A DNA stretch of 64,000 nt from Amoebidium appalachense (GCA_963693365.1 CAVNZM010000008.1:434001-498000), one strand, 5' to 3'. Shown: positions 38,172 through 53,767, counted from the stretch's first letter. A program made the numbers and translations. The notes: generated by a model not told the origin, from the letters alone.

Positions 38172-40002
38172 CAGTAAATAAACACGCCCAACCTGCTGCT
38201 TTCGGCAATAATAAATTGCCGGCTTGCTACTCGTGACTTTTTCCATCCATTCCATGGTGTTCTAGGACCCACCACCAAAGAATCAGGACCCGGATGTCTT
38301 ACCAGGCAGGTGTACATGTAACTTAGCCGCGAGTCGATATCTCAGCTTCACACCAACAAAGAATTTATTTCTATAAAAACCGTCACCCCCCCCCCCCTCC
38401 CCCCCTCCCTCCCCCCCCTCCCCCCCCCCCCCCCCCCCCCCCCCGCCTTCACCGATGCCACCAAACATGCAACACTGGAGAGAGAAGGAGAGAGCGAAAA
38501 GAAAAACAGTTGAAACCGTGGATAGGGGGAGAGAGGACACCGAAACCAATATAGAGCCGATTATATTGTGAGCCGATTCCGCGCAACACCCACAGACACA
38601 ACGAATACAGCACACAGGCTACAACTGCAGTGCCTTGAGGAGGAAGCCGTTAACACCCCCCCTTCCACCCCCCCCCCCCCCCTGCCCCCCTCCCCCCTCC
38701 CCCTTCCCTAACCCCCCCCCGCCCCTCCCCCCCCCCCCTTTCCCTCCCCCCTGCGTGCATGCAGCACGGCAAATGGCGGCCCATTTAGTCTTGCGGTGGC
38801 CAGGCAGAATATGGCATTACACTATGCCGGGGAGATTGTAAAGTTGTTGTTGTTGTTGTGTGTGTGTGTTATTGTTATTTGGGGAGAGGGGGGTGGGGGG
38901 GTGGGGGGGGGGGGGGGGGAGTGTTTGCCCAGAGTGTAGTGTTTAGAGAGGGTTTCTTTCAGGTTTCCAAATCCGGTCGGGTCAGAGAGGTTTCTAGCTA
39001 TGTGATTGGTCTGCTGCGCATCAGAGCTGGTAACCGACATGTTTTGCCGGCAGCAAGACACAGATGTGCCATCATACAACCAAAAGAAAAAGAAAAAAAG
39101 AAGAAAGCAAGAAAGAAAAAGGGGAGAATAATAACCAGGCCTAAGGAAGAAGCTGCAGTCCGAATTTTTGATTTATATGGCTTGACCCGGATGTGCTGGA
39201 ATGGGGCCAATTAATCCGCCTAAAAGAAACCCCCTTTAACCTTTTTGATAATGAGTTAATCAGTACTACTATTTTTAGGCCGTTACCGGTTCAAAGGAGC
39301 CTATTCCTTTATTACCGAGCCCGTGAAAATACATGATGGCAGAACGTGCTTGAAATGTTACAAAATTTGATACACACAAGAAAGTCTAGTTTTGTGCCGT
39401 TGATCTAACCATATGTATGTATTATTTGTGGGGGCCTGTGAGTGGAAGTTACCAAGGCTCTGTGATGCTGTGGGGTTTACTAAATGGATGTTGGGGTGGC
39501 CCAGGTGGGAAGCAGGCTGAAATTCCATATAAAATCAGGGGCCAATCAAATCCCTTGAGGTATTAGCGCCGAGCAGCCGCCACACGTTGGAAGACTCCCC
39601 GCTCATCATACTATTATGCATTCTAGGTCATCCGGCCTGGCCCCAGATGCCACACCCAGCCTGTGACACAAGGACACTTGAAGCAATTGAATCTAGGGCC
39701 ACAAAACTCATATTAGCTTGATCACCCCCCCCCCCCCCCCCCGCCCCCCCCCCCCCCGGCCCCCCCGGGGGGGGGGGGGGGGGGGGGCAAACACACCCAC
39801 ACCCACACGTGCCTTCATGTTATCCAGCATCATGGCACACACGCAACAAAGGGGGGAGGGGGAGTCAAAGAAGATGAAAAACCGTACCTCACTCACGACG
39901 TCGTCTGGAAATAACGGTCACCCCCACCTGCCTATCCGAGCCTACCACCACAATCAACACCATGTACACCAACGTGACACACACCGTGATACTGTGTGAA
40001 AC

Positions 40003-40084
<82 letters not shown>

Positions 40085-40305
40085 GTGATTCCCCGTGCGA
40101 TGGCATCCCCCCCTCCCTCCCCCCCTCTCTCTCCCCCCTACATCTTAGTTATGTTTATCACCAAGAACCTCATTATTCGGAACTGTGGACAATAAACACC
40201 TGTTGAGTACTGATTAAAGACCCTAATATCCGTGCTGCAATATATTATGATACTCACCTTAAAATGTCTGTTTCTGAATCATGACATTATTAGTTTTTAA
40301 CTTAT

Positions 40306-40482
40306 CCCGTTTTGTTCCCGGAGATACCCCTAGGGGCCCTGAGGGGGAACTACCGCCTTCCACCCAGCACCGACAGTACTCTAGCTAGGGTGCTACGATG
40401 CTAGTAGCTAAACTAACACACCTATAACAATCCTAACTATATGTACACACTTTGCCCAGGGTATCAACCCCAGCCACGCCGG
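40306..40482 (-). mobile_element. Short interspersed retroposon-like repeat (other copies at 47031-47221, 47461-47529 and a fragment at 44561-44577)
   Basis: Shared cgttttgttcccgg..atacccctaggggcc..gggggaactaccg..ccacccagcaccga and ..accccagccacgccgg. Each copy is preceded on + by a T-rich run, i.e. an A-tail on the minus strand. Confidence 0.6.
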
Positions 40483-41230
40483 TGGGTAGGTTGACATTGT
40501 TAGTATTATATACTAATCACGTTCAAAAACAACTTACGCTGCTTCAGATGCATTTGAATGTGACTGAGACTGTTGGTGGGTGTTTGGCAGCCACAAATAC
40601 TCCTGCCCGCCAGCAGTGCTCAATGTTAAAGGGGTCGTGTTTCACTTTTCAAATTGAGATACGCTTACCACGTTTGATAGCCTAGAGTGATCGTATTTAT
40701 ATATTTGTAATCCTATTCGAGCGAATCATCAGTGACGAATGTGATTAAAATACATTTGTTGTGCACCACCAACCACGCCCTTACATCCCGTACCTAGAAC
40801 AGTGCATTTACCAGCTACTACGCATTGTGATAACAGACCAGTCAAAATTGCAGCTTTGGCCTCTTAGAGGGATAGGTGGATGTAAAGGAACTTGGAAAAA
40901 TAAATGGTGGGTGGGTAGAGGAAGGGGGCGGGCGGGCGGGGAGGGGGGGGGGGGGGAGGGGGGGGGGGAGCAACCAGAACCACCCTTACAAAGTCCTTTC
41001 CTATCTGCAGCAGGACCTCCCCCTCTTACCCCCCTCCCCCCCCCCTCCAAATGACACACACACACACCAACGTGCACACACACACAGACACACCGGCACA
41101 AGCACACCACCTCCGCCCCCCCATTAAAAAAAAAAAAAAGGACCTTGAAAGCTGACAAGACCGATAAGACCGATAAAAAAGAAACGAACAGAGTTTATTT
41201 GCGGTTGTGGTGTTGTGGGCAGGGGAACCA

Positions 41231-41271
<41 letters not shown>

Positions 41272-41810
41272 ATTCCCCATAACTTAGTCCAAGCACTTTT
41301 GTGCTTCAACCTAGTCAAAGGACGTGTGTGCGCATTTGCGCCTTTGCTATGTGTACAAAGTTTTGCGATGGCAAGGTGTCAATTGATGACTCGCATATTA
41401 TGCATTATATACGGTCTGCACAACGGTACCAACAGCATCACTGCTGTTTAGAAGACAAGCAAGGTATCTGGAGTAATGTTTGTAGGTGTGCTTTTATTTG
41501 CACTTTGTGTCGCTACACGTTTTATCATGTTCATGTACTTGGCAAGTATGTACACCTAAAAATAAACTTTACTCTCTCGTAATGCACAGTTGGCATTTCG
41601 AAGGTGAGTGAACACATGGTACTGCTACTGTTTTCATCAATTTGTGCCCAAGCAGGCCCTCTCATCATCAGTCCCTTCATTCGTAAGCTTTTCTTAATTT
41701 CAAACAAAGTGCGGCACCAACGCCAGCCCTCGTGACAATTTTTTTTAAACATTTTTTAACCACGGCCCATTATATAAAGGTCAACCTTAACAAATGTCTT
41801 TGCACTAAGT

Positions 41811-42809
41811 CTATGCAGCACGTGAAGTAGCCATGCCTAGCTGTGCCTGTATGTGGAGCATACGGCTATGGGCCTGGCTGGCCGTGGGCCGGTCCTTTGG
41901 GTTGACCGACAGCAGGCTGTATATGAACGACCGCACGTCCGTCGGCAGTGCGTTCCAGCGTTTTCTCTCCTCATCACTGTGGCTGCCACTGGCATACAGC
42001 CGGAACTCGTGGCTCCCATCGTGTGCTGCACCCCACGGAAACCGGCCCGTGTACAGGGCAAAAATAACTATGCCAGCCGCCCAAAGATCTGCTGCCAGCC
42101 AGTCGACATCATCGTCCGGTCGTGAGTGAAATAGTTCGGGGGCCAGGTATGGCACGGTGCCCACACTCTCCCTCTTGGCCCTTGCCTCGTGTGAGGCCGT
42201 GTATATGGCATAGCCAAAATCGCACAGCTGCAGCGTGCGGTGGTCAGCCGTCAGTAGCAGGTTCTCTGGTTTGATGTCTCTGTGTGCTATGCCGTGTGAG
42301 TGCACATGTGCAATGGCAGAGAACAACTGCACGGCGTATTCGGTCGCACGGGTTAGGGAAAGGCCGCTGTCAGGGGGAATGGCGTCGAGAAGGTCGCCGC
42401 CGGACAGGTAGGGCATAACAAACTTGACGGCGTTGCGGTTGTCGATAACGTCCACCAGGCAGAGGATGTTTGGGTGTCCGTGCCTGCTAATCTCCATGTG
42501 AATATCGGCCTCTTTGCTGATGGCCAGGGCGTTCCCCGGGCGCTTGAACACGCGCTTTATGGCCACCTTCTGGCCCGTTTCTCTATCGCGGGCGATGTCT
42601 ACACACGAGGTAGCGCCCTGGGCTGCGTTCATTTTGATCACCACGTACCGCTGGGCAGCCTGCAACGCGTGCTCCTGCGAGCGTGAGGAAAGGCTGGGCG
42701 AGTCGTGCATGTCTGAGAGGGGTAGGTGTGTGTAGCCCATGTGGCCTGCGTGCATGTGGGTGGGCTGGGTGTCAATGCCCAGCCCACTTGCAATAGCGGG
42801 TGCGGCCAT
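41811..42809 (-). CDS. Ser/Thr protein kinase (CAMK-like), intronless CDS, 332 aa
   Basis: VAIK, HPNI, HRDIKPEN, LCDFG, GTVPYLAPE, DLWAAG and R in subdomain XI. ATG at 42809 in gccATGg context just after a cag acceptor (possible 5'-UTR intron); a TATA-like atataaa lies on the minus strand at 43084-43090. Confidence 0.93.
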   Translation of the reverse strand: MAAPAIASGLGIDTQPTHMHAGHMGYTHLPLSDMHDSPSLSSRSQEHALQAAQRYVVIKMNAAQGATSCVDIARDRETGQKVAIKRVFKRPGNALAISKEADIHMEISRHGHPNILCLVDVIDNRNAVKFVMPYLSGGDLLDAIPPDSGLSLTRATEYAVQLFSAIAHVHSHGIAHRDIKPENLLLTADHRTLQLCDFGYAIYTASHEARAKRESVGTVPYLAPELFHSRPDDDVDWLAADLWAAGIVIFALYTGRFPWGAAHDGSHEFRLYASGSHSDEERKRWNALPTDVRSFIYSLLSVNPKDRPTASQAHSRMLHIQAQLGMATSRAA

Positions 42810-44226
42810 GGCTGCCTGTGACACAACAACTGGGGGGGCGTTGCTCAGGAGGCACACTATGACGCTCTCGAAACAACCTTTCATCGGCACTGTTGGCTGG
42901 TAGGTAAAGGTGAATACTAGGCCTCAAACATAGGTGGTCTTGACACATGAATGCAAGTGCAAAGAGCTAGCCTCCAGGTTACAAACTATATGTGACTCGG
43001 CTTCAAGCGAGGGTAAGTTTTCCAAGTTTCGACACTGTACTGTCAACTGTGTGACTGTGCCTCAACCTTGTAGCCGGTAGAAGTTTATATGTGGCTGGCA
43101 TACCGTCCGCAGTTGGCGGTAGGTGTCATATCTGACATAACGCCAATCATAATACGTATACGATCTTTTGTGTACTTGATTTATTCGAATCGCCTAATTT
43201 CAGCCACTCATCGCTAGCTGAACATGGCTTAGAAAGTGACATATTTTCTGAGCTGCACATAAGTAGAAAGAATGCTCCAGGAATTCGAAGGAATGCAGTG
43301 TTCACCAGCACGACGCGGACTCCAGGGAAGAAAGGTCGCTGTTTACAATTTAGATAGGTAGTTACCTTATGAATTTAGATCTATTATATACTAATTTCTA
43401 CCCACAACATTCTCACTGGAACATAAGAATTACTATATACGTAAAGTAAGGGATCAATGGGGCAGAGCCCAATAACCAATCAGACGACCCTAGTTATCAG
43501 GTGTAATGCGATTGGCAGGCCGAACTACCTCGAAGTTCCCCCAAAACCTAGTCTTATAGCCTCCGATTTTAGGGGCCGGTATACTGTGTTGAGCTTTCGA
43601 GCATGCTCAACAGCTCAAAAAGGTTAACAGAAAACACGGTTTTAGCTTATAAATTTTTATAAGTTTGATTCAAACTGTTTAGGGGTGTGGTTTAAGGTTC
43701 AGTTTGCCCGGGACTGAATGTTAGCGCACATTTCTTCAGAGCCCGCAAAAACTCATGGTCATGCACGTGACGGGAAGAAGATCATGGAATTCGATTCGAA
43801 TCATGTTGATTAGGCTAGATTTCAATAGTCTATAGGCTTCCAGCTTTTCATGCTTGCCACAAAAACAGTTACGGTATTTGACACACGAATGCACAAATTC
43901 ATTCATTGTTTTTCCTTGTACACATGCATTTGTTTCCCTCATGAGTGTCACAGATGCATATTTGAGGAGCACCGTGTTGAATGATTTCAGTGACACGAGC
44001 GGCCTGGTGCATGGCCAATGGCCATTGGTCTCCTGGATAAAGCCAATAAAGACAGCCAATCGAAGCAATCGGCATTCCATAGTGGCCTTGGCCGAAGTCC
44101 AATCAGAAAACCACAAGGTATTATTCTCCCTAGCTCACTGTCTAAGTTGAGAGATCTCATCCTCTCGCCCTCCCGTCCCCTCCCTCTGATTCCCGTGACC
44201 ATCTTCTTCAGTCTCCCCGGGGCCCC

Positions 44227-44268
<42 letters not shown>

Positions 44269-44864
44269 CCCCCCCCCCCGCCCCGCCTCCCCCCCACACA
44301 CACACAAAAAAAAACATTCCCTCTCTTCTCCCCCGTCTCCGATTCCATCCCTTGTGTGCGAGGAATCTCCTCCCCTCCGCCTCCCGATCCATTACTACAA
44401 TCGATCCATATCCACCTCTCCGCGGATCCGGGCATCTGCCAACAGTTCTTGTAGGTCTGCAATAGCTCTCTCGAGTCCCTCCTATCCCCCCGTAATTACA
44501 TAGGGGTGGCTAATTACATCACAAACACATACGTATCCTTTCTTTTTTTTTTTTCAAAAATCCCGTTTTGTTCCCGATCTCTTCCTTCCTCCCTCCCTCC
44601 CTCCCTCTCTCTCATCTATTCATTCATTTATTACTGTAACTTTTACCGGTACCGGCATACATTCTCTCTCGGCCGTTGGGGGGGCTTCCCTCGAGAGTCT
44701 TCCCCAATCCCTCTCTCTCATTCTCCCCCCTCCGCCCCCCTCTGTCTCCCTCGGCTCCTCTCGCTCAACCCTAAAACAAATCTGTTTAGCCACTGCTCTC
44801 ATTCTCACTCCGTCTCTCACACACACTTCCTCTTTCGTTCTCTCTCTCTCTCCCTCTCTCCCTT

Positions 44865-45087
<223 letters not shown>

Positions 45088-45141
45088 CTTCCCCCCCCCC
45101 CCCTCCTCTCCCTCCCTCCCCGAGTGATCTCGAGGCTTACA

Positions 45142-45228
<87 letters not shown>

Positions 45229-45241
45229 CTCCCCTCTCCTC

Positions 45242-45280
<39 letters not shown>

Positions 45281-45480
45281 TCAAGAGTCCATATAATATA
45301 CACATATATATATATATATCTCGACTCCCTCTCTCTCTCTCTCTCCCCCTCCCCCCCCCCCCCCCCTCTCCCTCCCTCCCCGAGGCTTACACTCTCTCTC
45401 TCTCTCTCTCTCTCTCCCCTCCCCCCCCCCCCTCTCTCTCTCTTTCCCTCTCTCTCTCTCTCTCTCTCTCCCCCCCCTCC

Positions 45481-45639
<159 letters not shown>

Positions 45640-46300
45640 CCCGGATCCCCCCCCCCCCCTCTCTCTCTCTCCCCCTCTCTGCTCCCCCCCCCCCCCCCAC
45701 ACACACACCCACACGCCCCCCTGTCTCTTTCTTACTCTCCCCCCCGCATGTCCAAAGCCACAGCCACCCCCCAACCCGGCCATATGCATGACTCAGACTT
45801 CCAACAGGGTTATGGGCCCAGACACGACACCGCGGCCTCTAACTTCATTAGAGACTTTCGCTTCCACAAACTCCATCCGCAGCAGCCTGCGACATCAACG
45901 TCAAGTATTCCACTTCATTGGCGGGGCACGCACCACAGTGGAATGCACACCCCGGTCTACCCTGCAAGCAGCCACACTCACTCTCTCTTCTCTAGTGGTG
46001 TGTACACTTCTCCAATTGGGTAGGGGTGTTGGAGTGCAGACTTACGCTCACTCCACAATATGTGTATGTTAGCTTTACAATTGGTTCCGTGTACACAGAC
46101 ACACGCTGACACTCGATCACCACATGCACATCTGCATAGTTGAGGAATGTTGCCAATTGTGTTTTGACTGCAAACGATTGGTTCACTGGTCCCAGAGATC
46201 TCTAAATGAAAGTAACCAATCCGATTAGCGCCTGGCATCCGGATTACATTCCAGACTGCTGCCCCACGGGTATATAAGCCACGTCTCTGCCAGGTGCAGA

Positions 46301-46400
46301 CATGGAGTTAAGTCATGGAGTTCAGTCATGGAGTAAAGACATGGAGTTCAGTCATGGAGTTCAGTCATGGAGTTCAGTCATGGAGTTCAGTCATGGAGTT
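46301..46400. repeat. 13-bp tandem repeat (catggagttcagt)n, about 7.5 copies
   Basis: Directly visible. Confidence 0.9.
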
Positions 46401-47238
46401 AACACACTGAAAGCAGTAAAAAAAACGGGTCAGCGCCCAAGCGCGCCACGACGACCCTAGTCACAGCGGACTCTACTTCCAACAGTCTCCCCTCTTTCAA
46501 CATTTTCATGTGCATCCCCCAATACATACAGTCAATTTGAATTGATGACCATATATGCCTGATAGGCTGTGAACATTTGGGGTTTGATCAAGTTAGCTCG
46601 GTAGCACTACCAGAAAGCCTCCACAATACTCGACCGATCTATGGATCGTTTGAGGAAGCTCCTTACTACTATAGCTATAGGGGTGGTTACCGTACCGTAC
46701 TGGTGGGTTTGTGTTAGAGGTAAAACGGTGCACGTGGTTGGGCAGTTAGTGCCTGCATGTTTTGTATGTGATTGCCAACGGATTGGTGGAAGTGTCACTA
46801 CATACCACAGTACTACCCAAACATCATGTGCCAGCGTGAGCCTCGGTGGGCATCCATGTGTGTGGCTGCACATGTGTGTGGGCCTGTACCGGCATACACA
46901 AGATCACCGTGTAAGTATGGCAGTGTGCCCGGGTTTGGGGATGGCATGGTAAAGGCAGGGAGGGAGGGGGGAGGGGATGGGGGGGTTGGGGGGGGGGGGG
47001 GGGGGGGGTTTCTTTATTTTATCACGTTTGGTTCCTGGAGGACCTTTGCAGGCCTTGAGGGAACTACCATCTACCACACAGCACCGACTACGGTACACTA
47101 ACTAATATTAGTTAGGCCCAGGGTGCTATCTATGTGCCCAGCTACTGTAAGCTAAACCATCCTTCACAACCCTAGCTTTCAGTAAACACGTTGCCCACGG
47201 TTAAGACCCCAGCCACGCCGGCAGGAGGCACCACCCCT

Positions 47239-47278
<40 letters not shown>

Positions 47279-47635
47279 AGGGGAAGAGAGATAGTACTCA
47301 CCCTATCTTGTGTATATGGCGCTGTGCACACAGTCATGGCGTGCATTTGTGTGGTGCAAAGGGGAAAGGAGTCGTGGGGGGGGGAGGGGGGAGGGGGGGT
47401 GGGGGGTGGGAAGGGGGGGACACGAGTGTGTGTATTATTGGCATTTTTTTATTTTTGTAATCTCGTTTTGTTCCCGGAAATACCCCTAGGGGCCTTCAGG
47501 GGGAACTACCGTCTTCCACCCAGCACCGATTATCTCTCAGAGTTTGTTTTGCATTTTGCGCGCACTGCGGGGTGTGCGTGTTTGTTTGTACCGTTGCCCA
47601 TGTACATCAAGGTGTCACTTGTGTGTCACAGTGTG

Positions 47636-47741
<106 letters not shown>

Positions 47742-47829
47742 CGCGCGCGCGCGCATATGTGTGTTGGTGTGCCGAAATGCGTGCGTATCTGTGCGTGTCG
47801 GCACGGTGTGTGTGTGTGTGTGTGTGTGC

Positions 47830-47882
<53 letters not shown>

Positions 47883-48598
47883 CGTGTGATGCGCGCGCGC
47901 GCGCATATGTGTGTTGGTGTGCCGAAATGCGTGCGTATCTGTGCGTGTCGGCACGGTGTGTGTGTGTGTGTGTGTGCGTGTATTGTGTGTGTGTGTGTGT
48001 GTGGGTGTGTGTGTGTGTGTGTGTGTGCGTGTGCCTGTGTGTGTGTGCATGCGTGCGTGTGCGCTTTGTGCGTGCGTGCGCCCGTGCGTGCGTGCGTGTG
48101 TGTGTGCATTCGTGTTGTTCGAAAGAGTGTTTGTCGCGGTTTTAGAGCATTTCGGTTGTGTGCCACTCGATGTGTGATCGTATTGCTTGTGTATGATAAC
48201 ACAAGCAAACATGGGATGGATGGTCCAGGACCTCTTATGTAAGTGATACTATGGCATACTCTACAGCTGTGCTGTGATCATATGATCATGCGTCTGCGTG
48301 GGTGTGTTGGCACGCCCATAATGAGCTAATCTTCATGCTCGAAGTCTCTTTCTTACGGTACATGTGGTCATTACACTGTGCCGCTGACCCGGGGCCCTGC
48401 AGCTGGCGCAGTGTGTGCATACGTGTGTGTTTTCTAGTGACAGTCTAGCATGCCCATGTGTGCTTACCCATGCCACTCTCTTTACAAATGGCATTGATTA
48501 AGTGAAAAAATCTATGCAACGCTCCCAATCGCCCGTTAATATTATTGTTACAGAGTTCATCAACGTCCTTCATTCAAGTGCAACCCTAAGCCATGTCC

Positions 48599-48650
<52 letters not shown>

Positions 48651-49100
48651 CGTACCTCCCCCCCCTCCCCCCCTCACTCTTCCCCACAAACACACAGACA
48701 CACACACAGACACACAGACCGTGACACAGCACTTATGCACACACAAACAGACACACACCTGACACACACACCTTCAGCATGATGTGAACTGAGTACTAGA
48801 TACCTGCAAATGCCAGCACTAGTACTATTTCACTGATCGCTGGGCGGCGTTTTGGATTTGATTCCGGCCATCGTCAGATTGACCGCCGCCGCGGGCCACA
48901 GCAGCGAGCAACATATGTATGTATCGATATCAGATGTGACATGTACGTATCTAATAGATATGTTGTAACTAGTAACTGATATTATAAGGACCTCAAAAAA
49001 AACGGGCGATACCGTACCCCCGGGTATCACATCTGCAAAATATAAAGCCCTCTGCAGAAAAAGCCACGCTGTGCCGCCAATTATTGAAGCAACACCACGA

Positions 49101-49138
<38 letters not shown>

Positions 49139-49260
49139 GGAAGGGGGGGGGGGGGGGAGGGGGGGAAAGGGAGCAAGAGAGCTCGAGAGGGAGGGATCGA
49201 GAGAGAGGGGGAGAGAGAGAGATGGGTAAGGAGATGTCCTGCGTCCGTGTGGTCTCTCTC

Positions 49261-49324
<64 letters not shown>

Positions 49325-49325
49325 C

Positions 49326-49377
<52 letters not shown>

Positions 49378-49962
49378 CTCTTTCTTAGTCTCTCTCTTTT
49401 TCTCTCAGGCTTCCCCCACCCTCCCCCCTTCCCCCCTCATCCCTCCCTCTCTCTCTCTCTCCGAGGCCCTCTCTCTCTCTCTCTCTCTCTCTATCCTCCC
49501 CCCTCCTCCCCCCCCGAGGGTGTCTCTCTCTCTGTCTCTCTCTCTCCCCAAATTTCTGTCTCTCCCCGTGTGTGTGCAACACAGCGTGTGTGTGTGTGTG
49601 TGTGTGCGTGCGTGTGCGGTGTGCGTGGACGTGTGTGTGTGCGTGTGCGTGCGCGCGAGTGTGTGTGCTCGTGCATGTGCGCGTACGCGCGTGTGTGTGA
49701 GTGCATGCATTAATATTGCATGCGTGCATGCGTGTTTGCGTGCGTGCGTGCGTGTGTGCGTGTGTGTGTGCGTGCGTGCGTGCGTGTGCATGCGCCCATA
49801 CAATACGCGCGCGCGCGTGTGCGTGCGTTCGTGCGTGTGTGCGTGCGCGTGCACGCACGCGTGTGTGCAGTATGCCACTGTGTGTGTGTTGTGTGTGTGT
49901 ATGTGTGTGTGTGTGTGTCTGTGCGTAAGTGTGTGTGTGTGTGTGTGTGTATGTGTGTGTGT

Positions 49963-50039
<77 letters not shown>

Positions 50040-50245
50040 AATGTGTGTGTGCGTATAAAATTGCAATCTTTTTTAGGCCCCCCGGCCACAGGGAGCACAA
50101 ACAGGCAAACTTTCTGACACCGTATCACGGTACATATGATCATAATTGACTGTCAGAACACACAGCCAGATACTATAGAACGTACACACGTATACCGTGG
50201 TCGGGTAGTAAATCCGATTCAACGAGTAGGCTGTGCTGAATGGGC

Positions 50246-50306
<61 letters not shown>

Positions 50307-50860
50307 CCCCGCCCCTTCCTCCCCTGGCCCTTTTGTTATGCAGTATAATAGCAGCAATACGTGCGCGTGCATGCACACACACACACACGTGCACACACAC
50401 ACACACACATCGGCACACCGGCACACGTGCACACACCATGCACACACCGTGGCAAACATTTACTAATAAAAAATTTACAATTGGTTCTACTTGGGGGGGG
50501 GCACGCCTGTCGAGCCTGTAGATTTTGGCATACGGTAAATGCTTTTGTGTGTTTTTGTGTGTGCATTGGTGTGCGTGTGTGTGTGTGTGTAGTGGGCGCG
50601 CGTGTGCCAGTTAGCGACACATTCACATGTTCAGTCTAAATATGAAGGAGTCACGGTCGCGGTGACGAGAGGGGGTTTGGGCAGCTGCAGAGAAGAAGGA
50701 GCGGCCGGGGGGGGGAGGCGGGGGAGGGGGGAGAAAGCTAGGGGGGAGGGGGGAGATTGGGAGTGCGTGGCACGGGGGGGGGGCGGAGAGGCCGGGGGAG
50801 GGCCCCAGGGGGGAGGGGGGACTCGCCCGGAAATACTACTAATATATATGACTGTCTATG

Positions 50861-50988
<128 letters not shown>

Positions 50989-52871
50989 CTATATATCAAA
51001 ATAATAAGACGATATATATATATATATATTCAGATATGTATATATATATAGGTGTATATTTATTTGTATTAAAATAATAAGACGGGTGCAGGAGGTGCGC
51101 GCACACGGACTGATCACCACATCGCGGTATTTGATTCCGGCCGGCCGCGTTGATGATGACAGCCGGATTCAAATCCCGTTGATCTAAAAATAGCATATAC
51201 CGATGAGTGAATGTACCACGATTGCCACCGAGCATACCAGCAAGGACTTTAGATTCTGCCCTCGGCATTTCAGACACAAGAGATCTCGAGCGTTTATGCA
51301 TACGTAGACAATAATATTAGAAACAAGTTTGCTGACCGGTTCTCTCATAAGGTGTGAGGATTCGCTTATATTAAGGAACAGCGGCCGTTTACGTCATCAT
51401 GTCGGAGGACTGCCCCTCCGTGCAATTCCGTGATTGGCTGGCGCCTCAAAGATCTAATCAGCCAATCAATTCTACAAATACTAATTTAATAGATCTGAAC
51501 ATACGCATCTGATTGGAGAACAGGAATTGGATAAACACGAACAGATCTTGAAGGCGTCTTCCTGGACTTCCACTGCAATAAATCGTGACGTCAAGGCACG
51601 TGGTGACGTCAGCCGCACCACCCCCACAATGGAATATTCTGCCGTGAGGCAGCACACATGAAACGAGGACACTCAAGTCCCTGTAAGAAAACTACTTTAA
51701 TGCACCCCAATTATCGACTTAATAGTACGTATGCTCCTCTATTCGAATTCCACACGCGTACTCAGTAGCGACACAGATCTAGCCTGAATATGGTGGTGTC
51801 GATTGATACATCACGTTGTTACGTGAGCTCCTGAGCGGCGAGCTGACGGCATACGGGATCAATGTACATATACATGCCTGGAAGCAAACTATCAGATGAA
51901 GTGGGGGGGAGGATAGGAAGGGGAGGGGGGGGGGGGAGGGGGGGGGAGGGGGGGGGGGGGGGGGGATTCGTATCATGCACTTCCGTTGCGCCTTGGGGCC
52001 GAGTTTTGATTATCTGGCCTACTACTGTCGACGCGTCAGCAACAACCAAGCACAAGCCCAAGCTACTTCGGCAGCCGGCACTCCCATGGCATCAAAACAT
52101 ACACGAAGAATGCACACACGCGTCCGTCACCGGGGCCCAGGGCGATAAAAAAGAAAAAACTGTGATCGAGAATCGCAAGTGCGCCAATAGAAGTGGGCCG
52201 GATAAGATCAAGGCCATGCAGGCCCAGGTCACCAGCATCCTGCTGGTCACTGTTGGTGGCACAAACATTATCCCTTGGTTGCCACAATGGGTGTGTAGAG
52301 TATTAGCTTGTGCAACAATTAGCTGCAGCTGTATGGCAGACCTATGAAAGTGCTGAACAGCCTTTTTGTGCGTTCAAAGTGTTGTTTTTTCTTGCAGAGC
52401 ACACCGTGTTTGTGTTTGCATCCAATTTGGAGTGTCCTTGTGCTAGCCAGACTCCATCTAGGGTGCTATTTGACTAAAAAGACGCAGCGTGACACAACAA
52501 GAACCATATATGATCAAGAAACACTAGGTGGTAACACAATTAACGAACTGTAAAGTTTTTAAAGTGAATGGTTGAAGCAGGAACCTGAATCTACGAGAGG
52601 GTTGTCCACACAACACACACATACACATAGAAACCCAGACATCACCCACCGACCCACCTACATTCACCCACACCCACCGACCTGCACACACACACACACA
52701 CACACACATACACACACACACAAACACACACACACACACCCGCACATCCCTCCCACCCACACACACCCACACCCACCCACCCACCCACCCACACACACAC
52801 ACCGACCCACACACCCACACACCCACACATACACACGTCTCTGCACACACGCAGAACCACCCACCACCACC

Positions 52872-53619
52872 ATGCTCCATATATTCTCACTAGCACTGGT
52901 TCTATCAACCAACTTACTAAATCCAGCAAATGCCCTCCCCACGAACCGACCCACCCCTCGTGCACCGTTGCACCGAGTAAGCAACCGCACCGCCGTACAG
53001 GCCAACCGCTACATTGTGGGGGTGGCCAGTGAAGGTCATGTGCGGGCAGCACACAACTCACATGCAAAGTCTGTCATTGAGGACCTTGTGTCATCGTATG
53101 GTGCTACACGGGACCCTGCAAAGGTGAGCATGAACGCGTGGCGTAGGAGGAGAAATGGGTGGTGCTACTGGGGGGGAGGGGGGGGGGGGGGGGGGGAGGG
53201 GAAGGGGGGGGAAAGGGGGGGGGGGGGGGGGGGGGGGGAGGGGGGGATTTCTAGTGGGAGTTATCCGCTTGTCTACCTTTCAACGATCTCTTGTCCACTC
53301 TCTTGGTGCACTTGTGCGCAGATGAGCGGCAGACGCGTGCTATCGACTGGGTCCAAGCACACACACACACACATTATTCAACCAATCTGGGCATGGAATG
53401 GTTGCTGGGTAGACACGGATACAACCACGAACACACATGTGCCTAGCTTCACACACACACATATCCAATCAACACACCACATACCCACATGCCACACATC
53501 CGCATAACCCAGCCATACAATCAGACTACACATTCGTGATAAAACACAACCACCCACTAACCCGCGTACCCACACAACACACTGGCACCACACAAATTCT
53601 CTTATTTCAACTAGCAGAA

Positions 53620-53676
<57 letters not shown>

Positions 53677-53767
53677 CACACACACGCACATGCACAAGCA
53701 CACGCACACACACTCGCACACGTGGTCACGTAACACACGCACATGCACACATACACATACACAAATA

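Noticed and set aside
46415-46461. Possible Helitron 3' end (gggtc..gaccc followed by ctagt)
   Set aside because: No matching 5' end or convincing second copy in the window; too weak to call.
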